Part shown: positions 36,224-48,879 of the stretch, piece by piece
Layout: the number at the start of each line of letters is the position of its first letter
Position numbering within the stretch: position 1 is the stretch's first letter
Origin: Chrysemys picta bellii
Taxonomy: Eukaryota
NCBI RefSeq assembly: GCF_011386835.1
Contig: NC_088803.1
Location: 11,656,001-11,720,000, forward strand
Direction of reading: 5' to 3'
Length of the DNA stretch: 64,000 nucleotides
The notes under the pieces: generated by a model
The model's input: the letters and a program-made list of their open reading frames with translations, nothing else
Told to the model about the DNA's origin: nothing
Databases searched by the model: none
Program-made: the position numbers and the translations under genes

Positions 36224-37171
36224 TTAAGAAATAAAAAGGCTCTTGGTGAAAAACGTTTTGCTTAAAATTTTGCCCAGAGCTTCTTTTATCTCCTGGTTTC
36301 TCAGGCTGTAAATGAGTGGATTTATTATTGGAGAAACCACAGTATACAACACAGCAGCTAACATGCCCTGATATGGGGAAGATGCTGATCCTGGCCTTAG
36401 GTATGTATATATTCCAGTGCTGATAAACAATGAAAACACAACTAGGTGTGGCAGACAAGTGGAGAAGGCTTTATACCTGCCCTGTGCAGAGGGGATTCTC
36501 AGCACAGCAGAAAAGATGTGAATGTAGGACACAAATATTGAAATGAAGAAAAATAAACCCACCAAAGCACTTAATACAATAACCACAATTTCATTAGCGC
36601 TTGTATCAGCACAAGAGAGTTTCAGTAGCTGTGGGATATCGCAGAAGAACTGATCAACAACATTGGACTGACAGAAAGGTAATAGGAAGGTATTAGCAGT
36701 GTGGCACAATGAATAGATACAGCTGCTGATCCAGGAACCAGCTGCCATCTGTGCACATGCCCCTCTGGTCATGATGACCCTGTAACGCAAAGGATGGCAG
36801 ATAGCAACATAGCGGTCGTACGCCATTGCTGTGAGAAGGGTCACCTCTGCAAAGGCAAAGGTGATGCCAAAATAGAGTTGGGCAGCACAGCCAGAGAAAG
36901 AGATCAGCCTGGTGTTGTTTAAGGAGTTCACCATGGACTTGGGGACGGTGACAGAGATGTAGCAGACATCTAGGAAGGACAAGTTGCCCAAGAAGAAGTA
37001 CATGGGGGTGTGAAGGTGGTGGTCGAGGGCTATGGCTGTGATGATGAGAAGATTGCCCATCAGGGCTGCCAGGTAAATCACTAGAAACACCAAGAAGTGT
37101 AAAATCTGCAGCTCCCGAACATCAGAGAATCCCCGGAGAAAGAACTCAGTCACAATGCTTTGGTTGGTCAT
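36224..37171 (-). CDS. Olfactory receptor, family 14-like, intact 315 aa
   Basis: [73 protein letters not shown]. Confidence 0.95.
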   Translation of the reverse strand: MTNQSIVTEFFLRGFSDVRELQILHFLVFLVIYLAALMGNLLIITAIALDHHLHTPMYFFLGNLSFLDVCYISVTVPKSMVNSLNNTRLISFSGCAAQLYFGITFAFAEVTLLTAMAYDRYVAICHPLRYRVIMTRGACAQMAAGSWISSCIYSLCHTANTFLLPFCQSNVVDQFFCDIPQLLKLSCADTSANEIVVIVLSALVGLFFFISIFVSYIHIFSAVLRIPSAQGRYKAFSTCLPHLVVFSLFISTGIYTYLRPGSASSPYQGMLAAVLYTVVSPIINPLIYSLRNQEIKEALGKILSKTFFTKSLFIS

Positions 37172-38989
37172 TTCCTGCTGTGTGGAGAGAAATGCAAGTG
37201 TAAAAAGCCATGGTGAGGGCAGAAAAGAAGAAAAGCGGACAATATATGTACTTATTCTTCTGTAGAAAATAAGTCTGGTTCCTAGAACTAATGAGAAGGG
37301 TTTCCTTCTTCTCTAAGGTCAGACAGATCTTAGGAGAAAGTACTGGCGACAAATTATTCTCAATGAAACTTTTATTCAGATACTTTTTGTGTATTTAATG
37401 TTCATGATATCTCCTAGAGCGGCTTGCAATTTTCCCAAACTTTTTGCTCTTCAAAATGATTCAGCCTCATTTACATCTAGAGAAACCCATTGTGTCAAAT
37501 GCTCTGCTACTGTAAATTTTTACCTTCTATAAAACTGTGTCAGCTTACAGCAGTGGAGAATTTCTCTGGCTGTTTTCAAATTACACCCTCAATTATGGCA
37601 AGTAGAATCCTTATAATTAGAGTTGGCAGAATTCAATATTTATTTGTGTAACTTCACCAGACAATATCAATGCTAATTTTTAAACATTAGTATTACCAAT
37701 TTATATTTTCACAGTTGCAAACATTTATGAGTTTTAAGGATTCTTCCCTTCCATTTTATTTATTGAAATTTTCACAGTTGCGGGAAATTATTGGGAGGGT
37801 ATCATACAATGGGGGGGACAGACAATGCTTTTTTAATGACATTGAGATTCAAAAAATTTAAGGTTTGTAACCATTAAAATACAAATTGTTAACATCATAT
37901 CAAAATATACAAATTAAATAGCCTTTAATTAAAACTCTACTAAGTTCTCAAGTAGCATTTTTCTTATTTTGCCTAGCTCTATCTTTTGATTATTATCAAT
38001 GGAAATATGTTTTATTGGTTTGTGTGTGTATGGTAAAATTAATATTTACTGATATTTACCAGGAAATCTCTAATTCTTCCAAGCCTGCTTATAATTCAAT
38101 ACAGAGGACATGGAAAAAAAGGAATCATAATTTTTATATACAGTACATGTGGAACCACATTTCTTTAGAATTCTTCCTTCAGTGAGATCTGGAAAGGAAT
38201 ACTGTCCTGTGATTGTGCCATCAATGACACCCATGAAAGAGAATTGGAATGAGAATTGCCTCTTTTAGATGCAATTTCTGTTGCATTGGATCTCCTAAGA
38301 AATTTGTGCTTTAACATTTACTGTAAATGAAAACTGGAATTGTTCTGTCAGCCAGGCAAAAATAGACTTGCATGTGCCCTGAAGAAAGCAGTCAAATGTG
38401 AATAGTATAATCTCTCATTCTGTTCCCTGCTCAGCACCTGGACACATAGGCTGAGATATTTTAAAGCTGCCTAAGGGACCTTGATGCCCAATTCCCATTA
38501 AATGAGTGGAAGCTGGATGTGCAAATCCTTTAGGCATCTTTGAACATTTTAGCCTTAATCCTGAGGAAGAATTTACTGATTTACTGAATCTGTCAAATGA
38601 GGATAACTTTTCTATCCTTCCCCTCCCATTCATCAGCCCCCTATCCATCCATCTTCACCTGTACACATCCTTAACAACTTCAACTGGGGTTTTCAAAGTT
38701 GTCTAAGGGAGCTAGGGACCTAACTCCCATTGACTTCAAGGTGTTTAACTCCCTGTGTCCCTTTGAAATGTATTTCATGAAATGTTTAATGCTTTCTTTC
38801 TTTATTTCTCCAATACGTATCACATCCAAACTCACTTCCTAGTCCATAAACCACCAGGATAGGAGCTCCTTATCCTGTGCTTGAAAATGACATGCCCAGA
38901 AAATAAGAAACCTTCTTCCCTCTGCCAAGAAAAAGACAATGCACTTGTTATTCTCTGGTAAAACTGCACAGTCAATGCACATGTATTTA

Positions 38990-39305
38990 CAATGTTATTT
39001 GGTGTTTGTCTATACTGCCAAAGAGCACCCATTAGCTGCGAGTCTCAGAGCCTACGTCAACTGACTTGGGCTCGTACCACTGGCTAAAAAGAGCAGTGTA
39101 GACATTCCCGGATGGCCTGGAGGACCAATTCTAAAACCCAGTGAAGTGAAAGGTTCTCAGAGCGCGGCTCCAGCCTGAACTGGAATGTCTGCTTTGCTAT
39201 TTTTAGCCCCATAGCCTGAGACCCATGAGCCCGAATCAATTGACTGAATCTTTGAAGCTTGCTGCTGTGGGATATTTTTTTCTTCTTTTGCTGTATAGAC
39301 ATACT
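38990..39305. mobile_element. Harbinger-type MITE predating the OR14 duplication (paralog ~49191-49485)
   Basis: gggtatgtctacac-type TIRs with internal gtgtagacattccc; same position in both units. Confidence 0.55.
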
Positions 39306-39525
39306 CCTGGTGTCCAAAAAAGCCAATGCTGTTTTTAGTGGAATGAACATAAGAAAAAGGTGGTGGTGATATGAGTCCCATTCTACCTAATTCCATGGGG
39401 CACCTGGAACACAACACCCAGTGCTAGGCATCAAACAGAAAAATAATGATAAATGAAGGCAGAAGTGGGGAGGAACAGAGTTTTTATAGGTTGGAGGGAC
39501 TTAACTGCGAGGAAAGCTTATTCTG

Positions 39526-40931
39526 TCATAGAATCATAGGACTGGAAGGAACCTTGAGAAGTCTTCTAGTCCAGTCCCTGCACTCATGGCAGGACTAAGT
39601 ATTATTGAGACCATCCCTGACAGGTGTTTGTCTAACCTGCTCTTAAAAATCTCCATTGATGGAGATTCCACAACCTCCCCAGGCAATTTATTCCAGTGCT
39701 TAACCACCTTGACAATTAGGAAGTTTTTCCTAAAGTCCAACCTAAACCTCCCTTGCTGCAATTTAAGTCCTTTGAATCTTGTCCTATCCTTAGAGGTTGT
39801 AGAAGAACACTTTTTCACTCTCCTTCTTGTAACAACTTTTTATGTAGTTGAAGACTGTTATCATGTCCCCTTTCAGTTTCCAGACTAAACAAACCCATTT
39901 TTTTAAATCTTCCCTCATAGGTCATGTTTACTAGACCTTTAATCATTTTTTTTTGCTCTTCTCTGGACTTTCTCCAATTTGTCCATATCTTTCCTGAACT
40001 GTGGTGCCCAGAACTAATAAGCTCAGAGTAGAGTGGAAGAATTACTTCTCATGTCTTGCTTATAACACTCCCACTAATACACCCCAGAATGATGTTCGCT
40101 TTTTTTGAAACAATGTTACACTGTTGACTCATATTTAGCTTGTGGTCCACTATAACCCCCAAATCCCTTTCCGCAGTACTCCTTCCTAGGCAGTCATTTC
40201 CCATTCTGTATGTGTGCTGTGACAAAGTTCTGTCCTTGACTCTGTGGGTCCTGCATTTCCTGATGGATTTTGCTAGCCTCAGAGGCTCACTGTGACCCTC
40301 CACATAGCCCTTCTCTCTCTAGAGGCAAGGGTCACAGTCTACTGAGCCATTTTCATCATAAGCAGGCAAGGGAGGTAAGGAGAAACAACCCTCCCTCACA
40401 CATTCTCTGTTGTCTCCCAGTATCAGTGATTAATCAGGGAGGGAAGGGGGGAGCCCGGGCCCACTCTCTACTCTGGGCTCCACCCAGGGACCCTAAAATT
40501 AGCAGCTATGGAAGCTGACTTTTAGGAAATAGGACGTGTACAATTCCCTGTCCTTGATTGGCTTCAGGTGTCCCAATCAATCTAGCTATCTCCACTACCT
40601 TCTAGAAGGATCTAAAATGGCCCCAGGTGTCTTGATTAACCTGGAGCAACTGTCATTTGGTTACCATGGTACCAGGGATTTGTTTAGTCTGGGGCTAACA
40701 TACCTGTTCCTCACTACTTTACTGTAGCCATCTGGCCTTGCCCCATCACAGTGCAATTGATTGTTCCTTCCTAAGTGGAGTACTTTGCATTTCCCCTTAT
40801 TGAATTTCATCCTATTTACTTCAGACCATTTCTCCAATTTGTCCAGATAATTTTGAATTATAATCCTATCCTCCAAAGCACTTCCAACCCCTCCCAGCTT
40901 TGTATCATCTGCAAATTTTATGTGTACTCTC
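39526..40931 (-). mobile_element. CR1 LINE, interrupted by a solo LTR and running into the assembly gap
   Basis: (tcatagaa)n tail; KLQQGRFRLDFRKNF, MGNDCLGRSTAERDLG, KFADDTKLGG; absent at the paralogous site 49700. Confidence 0.92.
40218..40750. mobile_element. Solo LTR (533 bp) nested in CR1
   Basis: tgtgac...atcaca with 4-bp TSD gtgc; CR1 resumes in register on both sides (compare 60880-60900). Confidence 0.85.
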
Positions 40932-41072
40932 NNNNNNNNNNNNNNNNNNNNNNNNNNNNNNNNNNNNNNNNNNNNNNNNNNNNNNNNNNNNNNNNNNNNN
41001 NNNNNNNNNNNNNNNNNNNNNNNNNNNNNNNNNNNNNNNNNNNNNNNNNNNNNNNNNNNNNNNNNNNNNNNN
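40932..41072. other. Assembly gap (141 N)
   Basis: Run of N. Confidence 1.
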
Positions 41073-41248
41073 CGCAACACCATCTTCTTGAATCAGACAG
41101 CAAAGGACATCAACATATACCTTGGTAAATTATCCCACTAAAAGAATATTGATAGAAAGACAGATCTGGATGTCAGTGCAGAAATAAATTCAAGATTTAC
41201 ATTTGCTGGTGCTGAAATCAAAATCATGTTCAGTTTCATGCTAGGAAG

Positions 41249-41700
41249 CTTACCTGCTGGAATCCCAAGCTGAGATGCCAGTATTTTTTCAGATGGTATA
41301 AAACTGTAAAATGAAAATAAGACACTGAAATACATGCATTCCTATATCTTCCTGCCCTCCTAAGTCTGTGACCAAAGAATTACTGATGACTGGGAAAGGG
41401 AGACTGACTCACGATGCAGCCACTTAGAATTGGTTAATAATGTTGATTATAGTTCACCTTTTTCTCAATCAAAGCAAGCAATTCCCATCCCACCAGTGCT
41501 CTGGAGTCACCACTTAAGACAAAATCCCCTTTTGATATGGTGGGTACCCAAGCCAAACCTTCCTAACAGTGAGCCACTGGTGCCTTGCTAAGGAGATTTA
41601 TTCAGGTGATTTATCTGACGTGTATCAGGGCTGTTATTCCCTGGAGGCCTGCAGAGCTCAGAAACAAGGACAAAGGAGGAATCTGCCTTGTAATCAATTA
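41249..41700 (-). promoter_or_regulatory. Candidate promoter / 5' exon region of the OR14-like gene at 37171
   Basis: Palindromic homeodomain-type TAATCAATTA 41691-41700, O/E-like TCCCTGGAG 41638, minus-strand donor CAG|GTAAG at 41253. Conserved at 50086-50573. Confidence 0.45.
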
Positions 41701-43791
41701 TAAAAACAATTAGATAACTAGGACTGGTCCCAAAAAAATCAAATTAAACCTTTTCTTGTTGGAAAATAAGGCAGCATTGCCAGGGCCAAATATTCAAAAA
41801 TGTCTCCTCCCAAAAGTATTCACATTGGCTTAAAAATCATATCTATCGATCTATCTATTCCAAGGCCAGAAGGGAACATTGTGATCACAGGTCATGGAAT
41901 GTAAGGGATCTATTCCCTTTCTCTGGGACAGCTTTGTCGCAGATGGGGTCAATGGTAAAACTCTCTTTGATTTGAATGTGAATTAGATTGGGCCCTGAGT
42001 TACCTATACTCAATATAGGTAGGCCTGTGTTATATGGGAGGTGTGTCTACTTAATATAATGGTTCCTTCCTGCTTGAAAATTTAGAAATCTAGGAACAGC
42101 CAGTGCAGAGGCTTCCCCACAATACAGCATGATGGATCCTGAGTGTGTCCAGAGTGAGACAAGTAACACCAGCATCACTGCCTAATGCTGTAGGTCACGA
42201 CTGTGGTTAAATGTTTGTCTGCGTGTGTGTTTTTGGCTGCATGTGAGGGTCACCAGTCTGATTAGATGTTAATAAGTGTTTGGCTGCATGTGTGTTTCCT
42301 TTGTGTGTCCCCATAGCCCAATGCAAACAGCTGGCACGTCAGACCTCAAGTGAACCACCTAATGACCACAAGATCCATTAAGGACAAAGGCATTAAGCCT
42401 GGTTTATTGTCAACAAAGCATGGTACTAGTATTCTGCGTTATCCACTGGAACACTAATACATGTATACTCATAACAACAGTGAACAGTGGGATGTTCCAT
42501 TCCTCCCTAAGGCCAAACAAAAATACTCTCTCTGAAATACATCTTTATACTCCGATACAAACATGATAATACTGGCCCTGTAACATAGTTATTGTAGTTA
42601 CTTCCCCCTAACATGGCTAGTTATTATTCATTATCTTGTACATATTGGTTTAATTAAAACATTTGTATTACATACTGTTATCCTGACCTTATCTTTCAGG
42701 AGGGGTCAGTGTGTTATCCTTGGGGAATTTTTTTGTATCATCCTTAATATCAGAATGTTCTGGTACCACTTAATATCAAAATGTGTTTGCATAAGTACTC
42801 TGTGACTAGCACTTCTAAAATGTATATTTCTGCAACATTAGCCCTGTTCTTGCCAGATTCTGTGAGCAGGTCCTGTCTCATATTAGGCCTCTAAAACAAG
42901 GACCTATATCTCAGACTCTTTTCCTGCGGTCAATGGAAAAAATTCAGCTCAGTGATAAGCAAGATTTTCTCCATGGTGGTCCACTTCTGGAGGTCATTTA
43001 ATAGTGGTGTGCAACTGCTGGCTGGGAGGGGGAAGATTGATGCATACATTAGCATGAGCAGGGACAGCTGCCGGTGAGCCTGGTGCCTGCCCCAGTGGCC
43101 CATGCTGGGGGCAGTACAGCCACAGCGGAGGAGCTGCCTGGGCTGGGCGCTGGCTCCTGAGAGTGGTCTGACATGCTGCTGCAGTTTCTGGTCCAGTTGC
43201 TGGCCATGACCCTGCTAGTGTTGCTCATTGTCACTAGAGCCCTGCAGCGCTGCAGAGGTCAGCTTTACATCTGTGGATATCCGCACCCATGGATATAAAG
43301 TTTGTATCTGTGCACAGCTGTAAGTGCAGATCATCTGAAATCAATGGACCAGATCTCCAGCTTGGGTAAAGCAATGTAGATCCTCTGAAATCAATGGCGA
43401 GTTCCCCAGAACCCCAGTATCATTCCAATGAAGTCAGTGAGGCCAGTGGAATAATATGGATTTATGGAGATGTAAGGAATTTGAGAACATGGCCCATTCT
43501 GATGACACAAATCCCAAATGAACGACGGCTGAGACACGGCTAAGAATCTTACAGAACTTTTTTCATTAGAAGGTGAAGTAGAGAGAACTGCATCACACAG
43601 TACAAGATAAAGGGTGCATGAGACGCCATGGTGTGCAATGATCAGGAATACATTTCTCAGTGGCCTATCCTAATCACAGATCAGGCAGCAGTACACAGCA
43701 TGGTGTGGGCAGTGTCTCCATGCAATAATAGGGATGCTGGGGCAACTGCAGTGTACTGCCAAATCTACAGCACCTACCCCAGGGTGGGAAA

Positions 43792-43914
43792 TAGGTGACC
43801 AGGCAACAAATGTGAACAATCGGGAGAGGGGGTGGAGGGTAATAGGAGCCTATATAAGAAAAAGACCCCAAAATTGGGACTGTCCCTATAAAATCGGGAC
43901 ATCTGGCCACCCTA
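43792..43914. mobile_element. hAT MITE, same family as 23881-24004
   Basis: 8-bp TSD gtgggaaa (43784, 43915); the paralogous site at ~52847 has a single gtgggaaa. Confidence 0.88.
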
Positions 43915-45317
43915 GTGGGAAATGTCCTTGTAAAGTGTATGACAGCTGCTTGGGAGATGACAAAGGTAACTACAGACAGGAAGGAGGTGAGACTTCTTCT
44001 CACATTTTCTGACTCCCTTATGTCCTGCAGAAAGGTAAAGGACCCTGAGCTGGGCGGGAGAGGAAATCTGCTCTCCTTGGCTGAGTGTGTGGGGGAAAAC
44101 AGGCCACCCCAGTGGAGTGGGGAATCAATATCCCTCCTATTTGCCTCAGTTCAGGCTATCAGAGTTCCTGGGCCCTGACTGCAGGGGAGGTGGGGCAGAG
44201 AGAGGAATTTAGCCTATGGGGAGGTTTGAATAATCTTCCTTGCTAACCTTCTCTGCTGTTAAAAGCAGTGCATGGTGGAGACCGACTTCACAGCGAAGCA
44301 TCCCAGCCTTATTTCTGCTTTTGGTTGAAATAATTGCTGTGTGTAATATTTCCACGGCAGGGAGAAGTTCAACTCATTTAGGGGCAGCCATCCCCATGAG
44401 GGACAATGGGACACCATACACAAGCCCTTCAAACTGGATGGGAGATGGGAGTGGGAGGATCAGGTTGCATGTTTACACCCAAAGATTTTGAAGTAAGAAG
44501 GGGTCATGAAGTCTTCTCCCCATAAGCACTAGAGAGAAAAAATAAAGATGGCTGTCAAACGATGCTGTACAGGCTTCTGCTGTCTGGTGGACTGCTAGTA
44601 GAATGTATATTATCTGAATAGTTGAAATGTTACATAGTGGAAGGTCATGGCAAAAAAGCCCTCCAGGGAATAAACCTGTCCAAAAAATCAATCAATGGGT
44701 TAACAAAGGTGCTTGTCATCAGCCTAGTTTCACCAATTCTTTACAGGATAGATATATGTCACAGTTTAGGGTAATTGACTCTGTATTCCCCCTCCGTAGT
44801 TCCTTGAGGGCAGCCACTCCCAACTCCTAGCCATCACCTCTCTTGAGCAGATGCTCTCTCTCCCTCCTGACTGGAGTTTTTCCATGCTGCACAGCTCCTT
44901 GCCTACCCTATAACATTCCCAGAAAACTGAAACTGGCCAGCGTCTGGACTTTGATTTCTCTTTTAAGGCTGTGAACAGCACAATAGCCTGCAGTTATAAG
45001 TTACCACAAAGTCTTTCTAAGCAAGCACATTTATTCTTAAGGTGAAAGCATTGCAGAGAAAACATTTCAAAAACAATGAAAGAATTTACACACATGCTAA
45101 AAACCTTAGCAAAGCTTATCCCACCTCCACCTCAGGCTCTGGTAGGGATGAGTCCTTCAAACCCACAGCTGGTTTTTCCCTTTGGTTACATGTTCATAAT
45201 TGTCTCAGATTCAGAACCACCATGAATAGTTTATTCTTTTCTTTAGACAGACTTGGCTTTTAAACTAAGTGTCATGTAACAGGTGATCAGCAAACAATGG
45301 TCCTTCAGGGTGTACAT

Positions 45318-46200
45318 ACATAAGAACATAAGAATGGACCTACTGGCTCAGACCAATGGTCCATCAAGCCCAGTATACTGTCTTCCTCCAGTGGCCAATG
45401 CCAGGACATTCAGAGGGAATGAGCAAAACAGCAATCATTGAGTGATCTATCCCCTGTCACCCATTACCAGTTTCTGACAAACAGAGGCTAGGGACACCAT
45501 CCTTACCCATTCTGGCCAATAGACCTTGATGGACCTATCCTCCATGAACGTACCGAGTTCTTTTTTAAATGTTGTTATAGTCTTGGCTGTCACTGTATCC
45601 TCTGGCAAGGAGTTCCACAGGTTGTCTGTGCCTTGTGAGAAGAAATACTTCATTTATTATTGTTTAAAACCTGCTGCCTATAAATTCATTTGGTGACCCC
45701 TAGTTCTTTGTTATGAGAAGACATAAATAACACTTCCTTATTTTCTTTCTCAACACCAGTCATAATTTAATAGACCTCTATCATATCCCTCCTTAGTCAT
45801 CTCTTTTCCAAGCTGAGAAATCCCAGTCTTATTAATCTCTCCTCCTACGGAAACTGTTCCATACTCCTAAACTTTTTTCTTTTCCTTTTCTGTAGTATTT
45901 CCAATTCCAATGTATCTTTTTAATATGCGATGACCACATCTGCACGCAGTATTCAAGATGTGGGCCTACCATGGATTTATATAGCGGCAATATGATATTT
46001 TCTGTCTTTTCATCTATCACTTTCATAAATATTCCCAACATTCTTTTAGCTTTTTTGACTGCTGCTGCATATTGAGTGGATATTTTCTGAAAGCTATCCA
46101 CAATGACTCTGAGATCTGGAGTAGCAACAGCTAATTTTTACTCGATCATTTTACATGTATACTTGGTATTCTGTTTTCCAATGTGCATTACTTTGTATTT
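45318..46200 (-). mobile_element. CR1 LINE 3' fragment
   Basis: (cataagaa)n tail; LPLYKSMVGPHLEYCVQMW. Confidence 0.9.
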
Positions 46201-46645
46201 GCATGTGTAGGCTGGGTTTTTGCATAAGCAGAGATAGGAATTTGTATTCACCTTGCCCTAGAAATTCCCTCAGCAAACCACTTAACACTGTTTGTCCAAA
46301 GGCCATTTTTGTCTGGCTCATTGTTCACTAGAGTCCTTTGAAATTCATAACCCTTCCCAGGGTTCACATCCCATCTCCTTGCTAGCTAGGATACATACAA
46401 ATATAAGACAAACTTTGCATTCATTACAATGGACTCCAAAGTCTTTAAAACTTAATCCAGTCCATTTTTTCCCCAGGGATATTTCCGGGACTTGCCATAT
46501 CTGTCCCACGCACCATGTTTAAACACTGCTTAGAGACACATTACTGATTTGACCATGTAGTGAAAACTCTCAGAATTGTGTTCTGCGGTACATGAGTTTT
46601 CATTATACACCCATCATTACAGTATCTTAGCACTGTCCTGTAATG

Positions 46646-46959
46646 CAGAGATTCAAAAACTTCATTGCACCATGACCCCCTTATGACAACAATTACTACA
46701 CAACCCCAGAGAGGGGAACGAAGCCTGAGCCTGCCCGAGCCCCTCCACCCAGGGCAGGGGGTCCAAAGCCCAAGGGTTTCAGCCCCAGTCAAAGGCCTAT
46801 AACCTGAGCCCCTCTGCCTAAGGCTTCTACTGCTGCCTCGGGCGGTGGAGCTCGGGCTTCAGCCCTGGACCCCAGCAAGTCTAAGTCAGCCCTGGTGACC
46901 CCATTAAATTGGGATCACAACCCACTTTAGGGTCTCAACCCACAGTTTGAAAACCACAG
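46646..46959. mobile_element. hAT MITE specific to unit II
   Basis: Degenerate TIR cagagattcaaaaact / agtttgaaaaccacag; absent at the paralogous sites 36150 and 58690. Confidence 0.6.
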
Positions 46960-47056
46960 CAATAGTGAATTTATGAGCATATCTGCAGCTAAAAGGAATC
47001 CCGCCATCCATTTATGAATATGAGAACCTGGACTGAGGAGGGACTATTAACCTATA

Positions 47057-48004
47057 TTAAGAAGTAAAAAAGCTCTTGGTGAAAAATATCTTGCTTGAAA
47101 TTTTGCCCAGAGCTTCTTTTATCTCCTTGTTTCTCAGGCTGTAAATGAGTGGATTTATTACTGGGGTAACCACAGAATACAACATAGTAGCCAGCATGCC
47201 CTGATACGGGGAAGATTCTGATCCCGGCCTTAGGTATGTATATATTCCAGTGCTGATAAACAACGAAAACACAACTAGGTGTGGCAGACAAGTGGAGAAG
47301 GCTTTATACCTGCCCTGTGCAGAGGGGATTCTCAGCACAGCAGAAAGGATGTGAATATAGGACACCAATATGGAAATTAAGAAAAATAACCCCACAACAG
47401 CACTGCATACAATATCCACTATTTCATTCACACTTGTATCAGCACAAGAGATTTTCAGTAGCTGTGGGATATCGCAGAAGAACTGATCAACAACATTGGA
47501 CCCACAGAAAGGTAATAGGAAGGTATTAGCAGTGTGGAGCAATGAATAGATACAGCTGCTGATCCAGGAACCAGCTGCCATCTGTGCACATGCCCCTCTG
47601 GTCATGATGACCCTGTAACGCAAAGGATGGCAGATTGCAACGTAGCGGTCATATGCCATCGCTGCAAGAAGGACCAACTCTGAAAAGGCAAAGAAGATAC
47701 CAAAATAGACTTGGGAAACACAGCCAGAGAAAGAGATCAGTCTGGTGTTGGTTAGGGAGTTCACCATGGACTTGGGGACAGTGACAGAGATGTAGCAAAC
47801 ATCGAGGAAGGACAAGTTGCCCAGGAAGAAATACATGGGGCTGTGAAGATGGTGGTCACTGGCTACGGCTGTGATGATGAGAAGATTGCCCATCAGGGCT
47901 GCCAGGTAAATCACCAGGAACACCACAAAGTGCAAAATCTGCAGCTCCCGAACATCAGAGAATCTCAGGAGAAGGAACTCGGTCACGGTGCTTTGGTTGG
48001 ACAT
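47057..48004 (-). CDS. Olfactory receptor, family 14-like paralog, intact 315 aa
   Basis: Same motif set as 36224-37171 (LHSPMYFFL, MAYDRYVAICHPLRY, KAFSTCLPHL, PVINPLIYSLRN); no stops. Confidence 0.95.
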   Translation of the reverse strand: MSNQSTVTEFLLLRFSDVRELQILHFVVFLVIYLAALMGNLLIITAVASDHHLHSPMYFFLGNLSFLDVCYISVTVPKSMVNSLTNTRLISFSGCVSQVYFGIFFAFSELVLLAAMAYDRYVAICHPLRYRVIMTRGACAQMAAGSWISSCIYSLLHTANTFLLPFCGSNVVDQFFCDIPQLLKISCADTSVNEIVDIVCSAVVGLFFLISILVSYIHILSAVLRIPSAQGRYKAFSTCLPHLVVFSLFISTGIYTYLRPGSESSPYQGMLATMLYSVVTPVINPLIYSLRNKEIKEALGKISSKIFFTKSFFTS

Positions 48005-48572
48005 TTCCTGCTGTGTGGAGAGAAATGCAAGATAAAACCAGGTGAGGGTAGAAAAGAAGAAAAGAGAACAATATATGTGCTTATTCTTCTTCAGAAAAGA
48101 TTCTGGATTCTAGAACTAGTGCGTAGAATAGTGCTTTTCTAAGGTCATTCAGATACAAGGAGAAAGTATTAGTGACATATTATTCTCAATTTATTTAAAT
48201 ACATTTTGCATATTTAATGTTCATGCTATGTCCTAGAGTTGATTGAAATTTTCCCAAACTTATTTGCTCTTCAAAATGATTCAGCCTCATTTACAGCTAG
48301 AGAAACCCATTGGGTCAAATTCTCTGCTACTGTAAATTTTTACCTTTTATGAAACTTTGTCAGCTTACATCGGCGGAGAATTAGTAGGGCTGTTTTCAAA
48401 TTACGCCCTCAATTATGGGAAGTAGAATCCTTATCTTTAGACATGGCAGAATTCAATTTTTATTTTTATACCTTCACCAGATAATAGCAAAGTTATTTTT
48501 TAAACATTAGTATTACCAATTTATATTTTAACAATTCCACAAATTTATGTTTTAAGCATTTTTCCTTGCATT

Positions 48573-48608
<36 letters not shown>

Positions 48609-48879
48609 TGGGAGGGGATCACAGAATGTGTGTGTGTGGGGGGGACAGACAATACTTGTTTCATGACATTGAGATTGAAAAAATTTAAGGTTTGTAACCG
48701 TTAAAATGCAAATTGTCAATATCACGTCAAAGTATAGGAAGTAAATATCCTTAAATCAAAGCTCAACCAAGTTCTCAAGTAGCATTTTTCTTACTTTGCC
48801 TAGCTGCATATTTTGATTATTCTCAATGGAAATATTTTTTGTTGGTTTTTGTGTGTATGGTGAAATTAATATTTACTGA

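Larger units (their letters stand above)
34900..44290 (-). repeat. OR14-like tandem duplication unit I
   Basis: Marker agcatc...ttatttctg recurs at ~35029, 44298 and 53238; OR flanks are collinear. Confidence 0.85.

Noticed and set aside
40661-41141. ORFs spanning the N run
   Set aside because: Artefacts of the assembly gap; the real part is CR1 ORF2.
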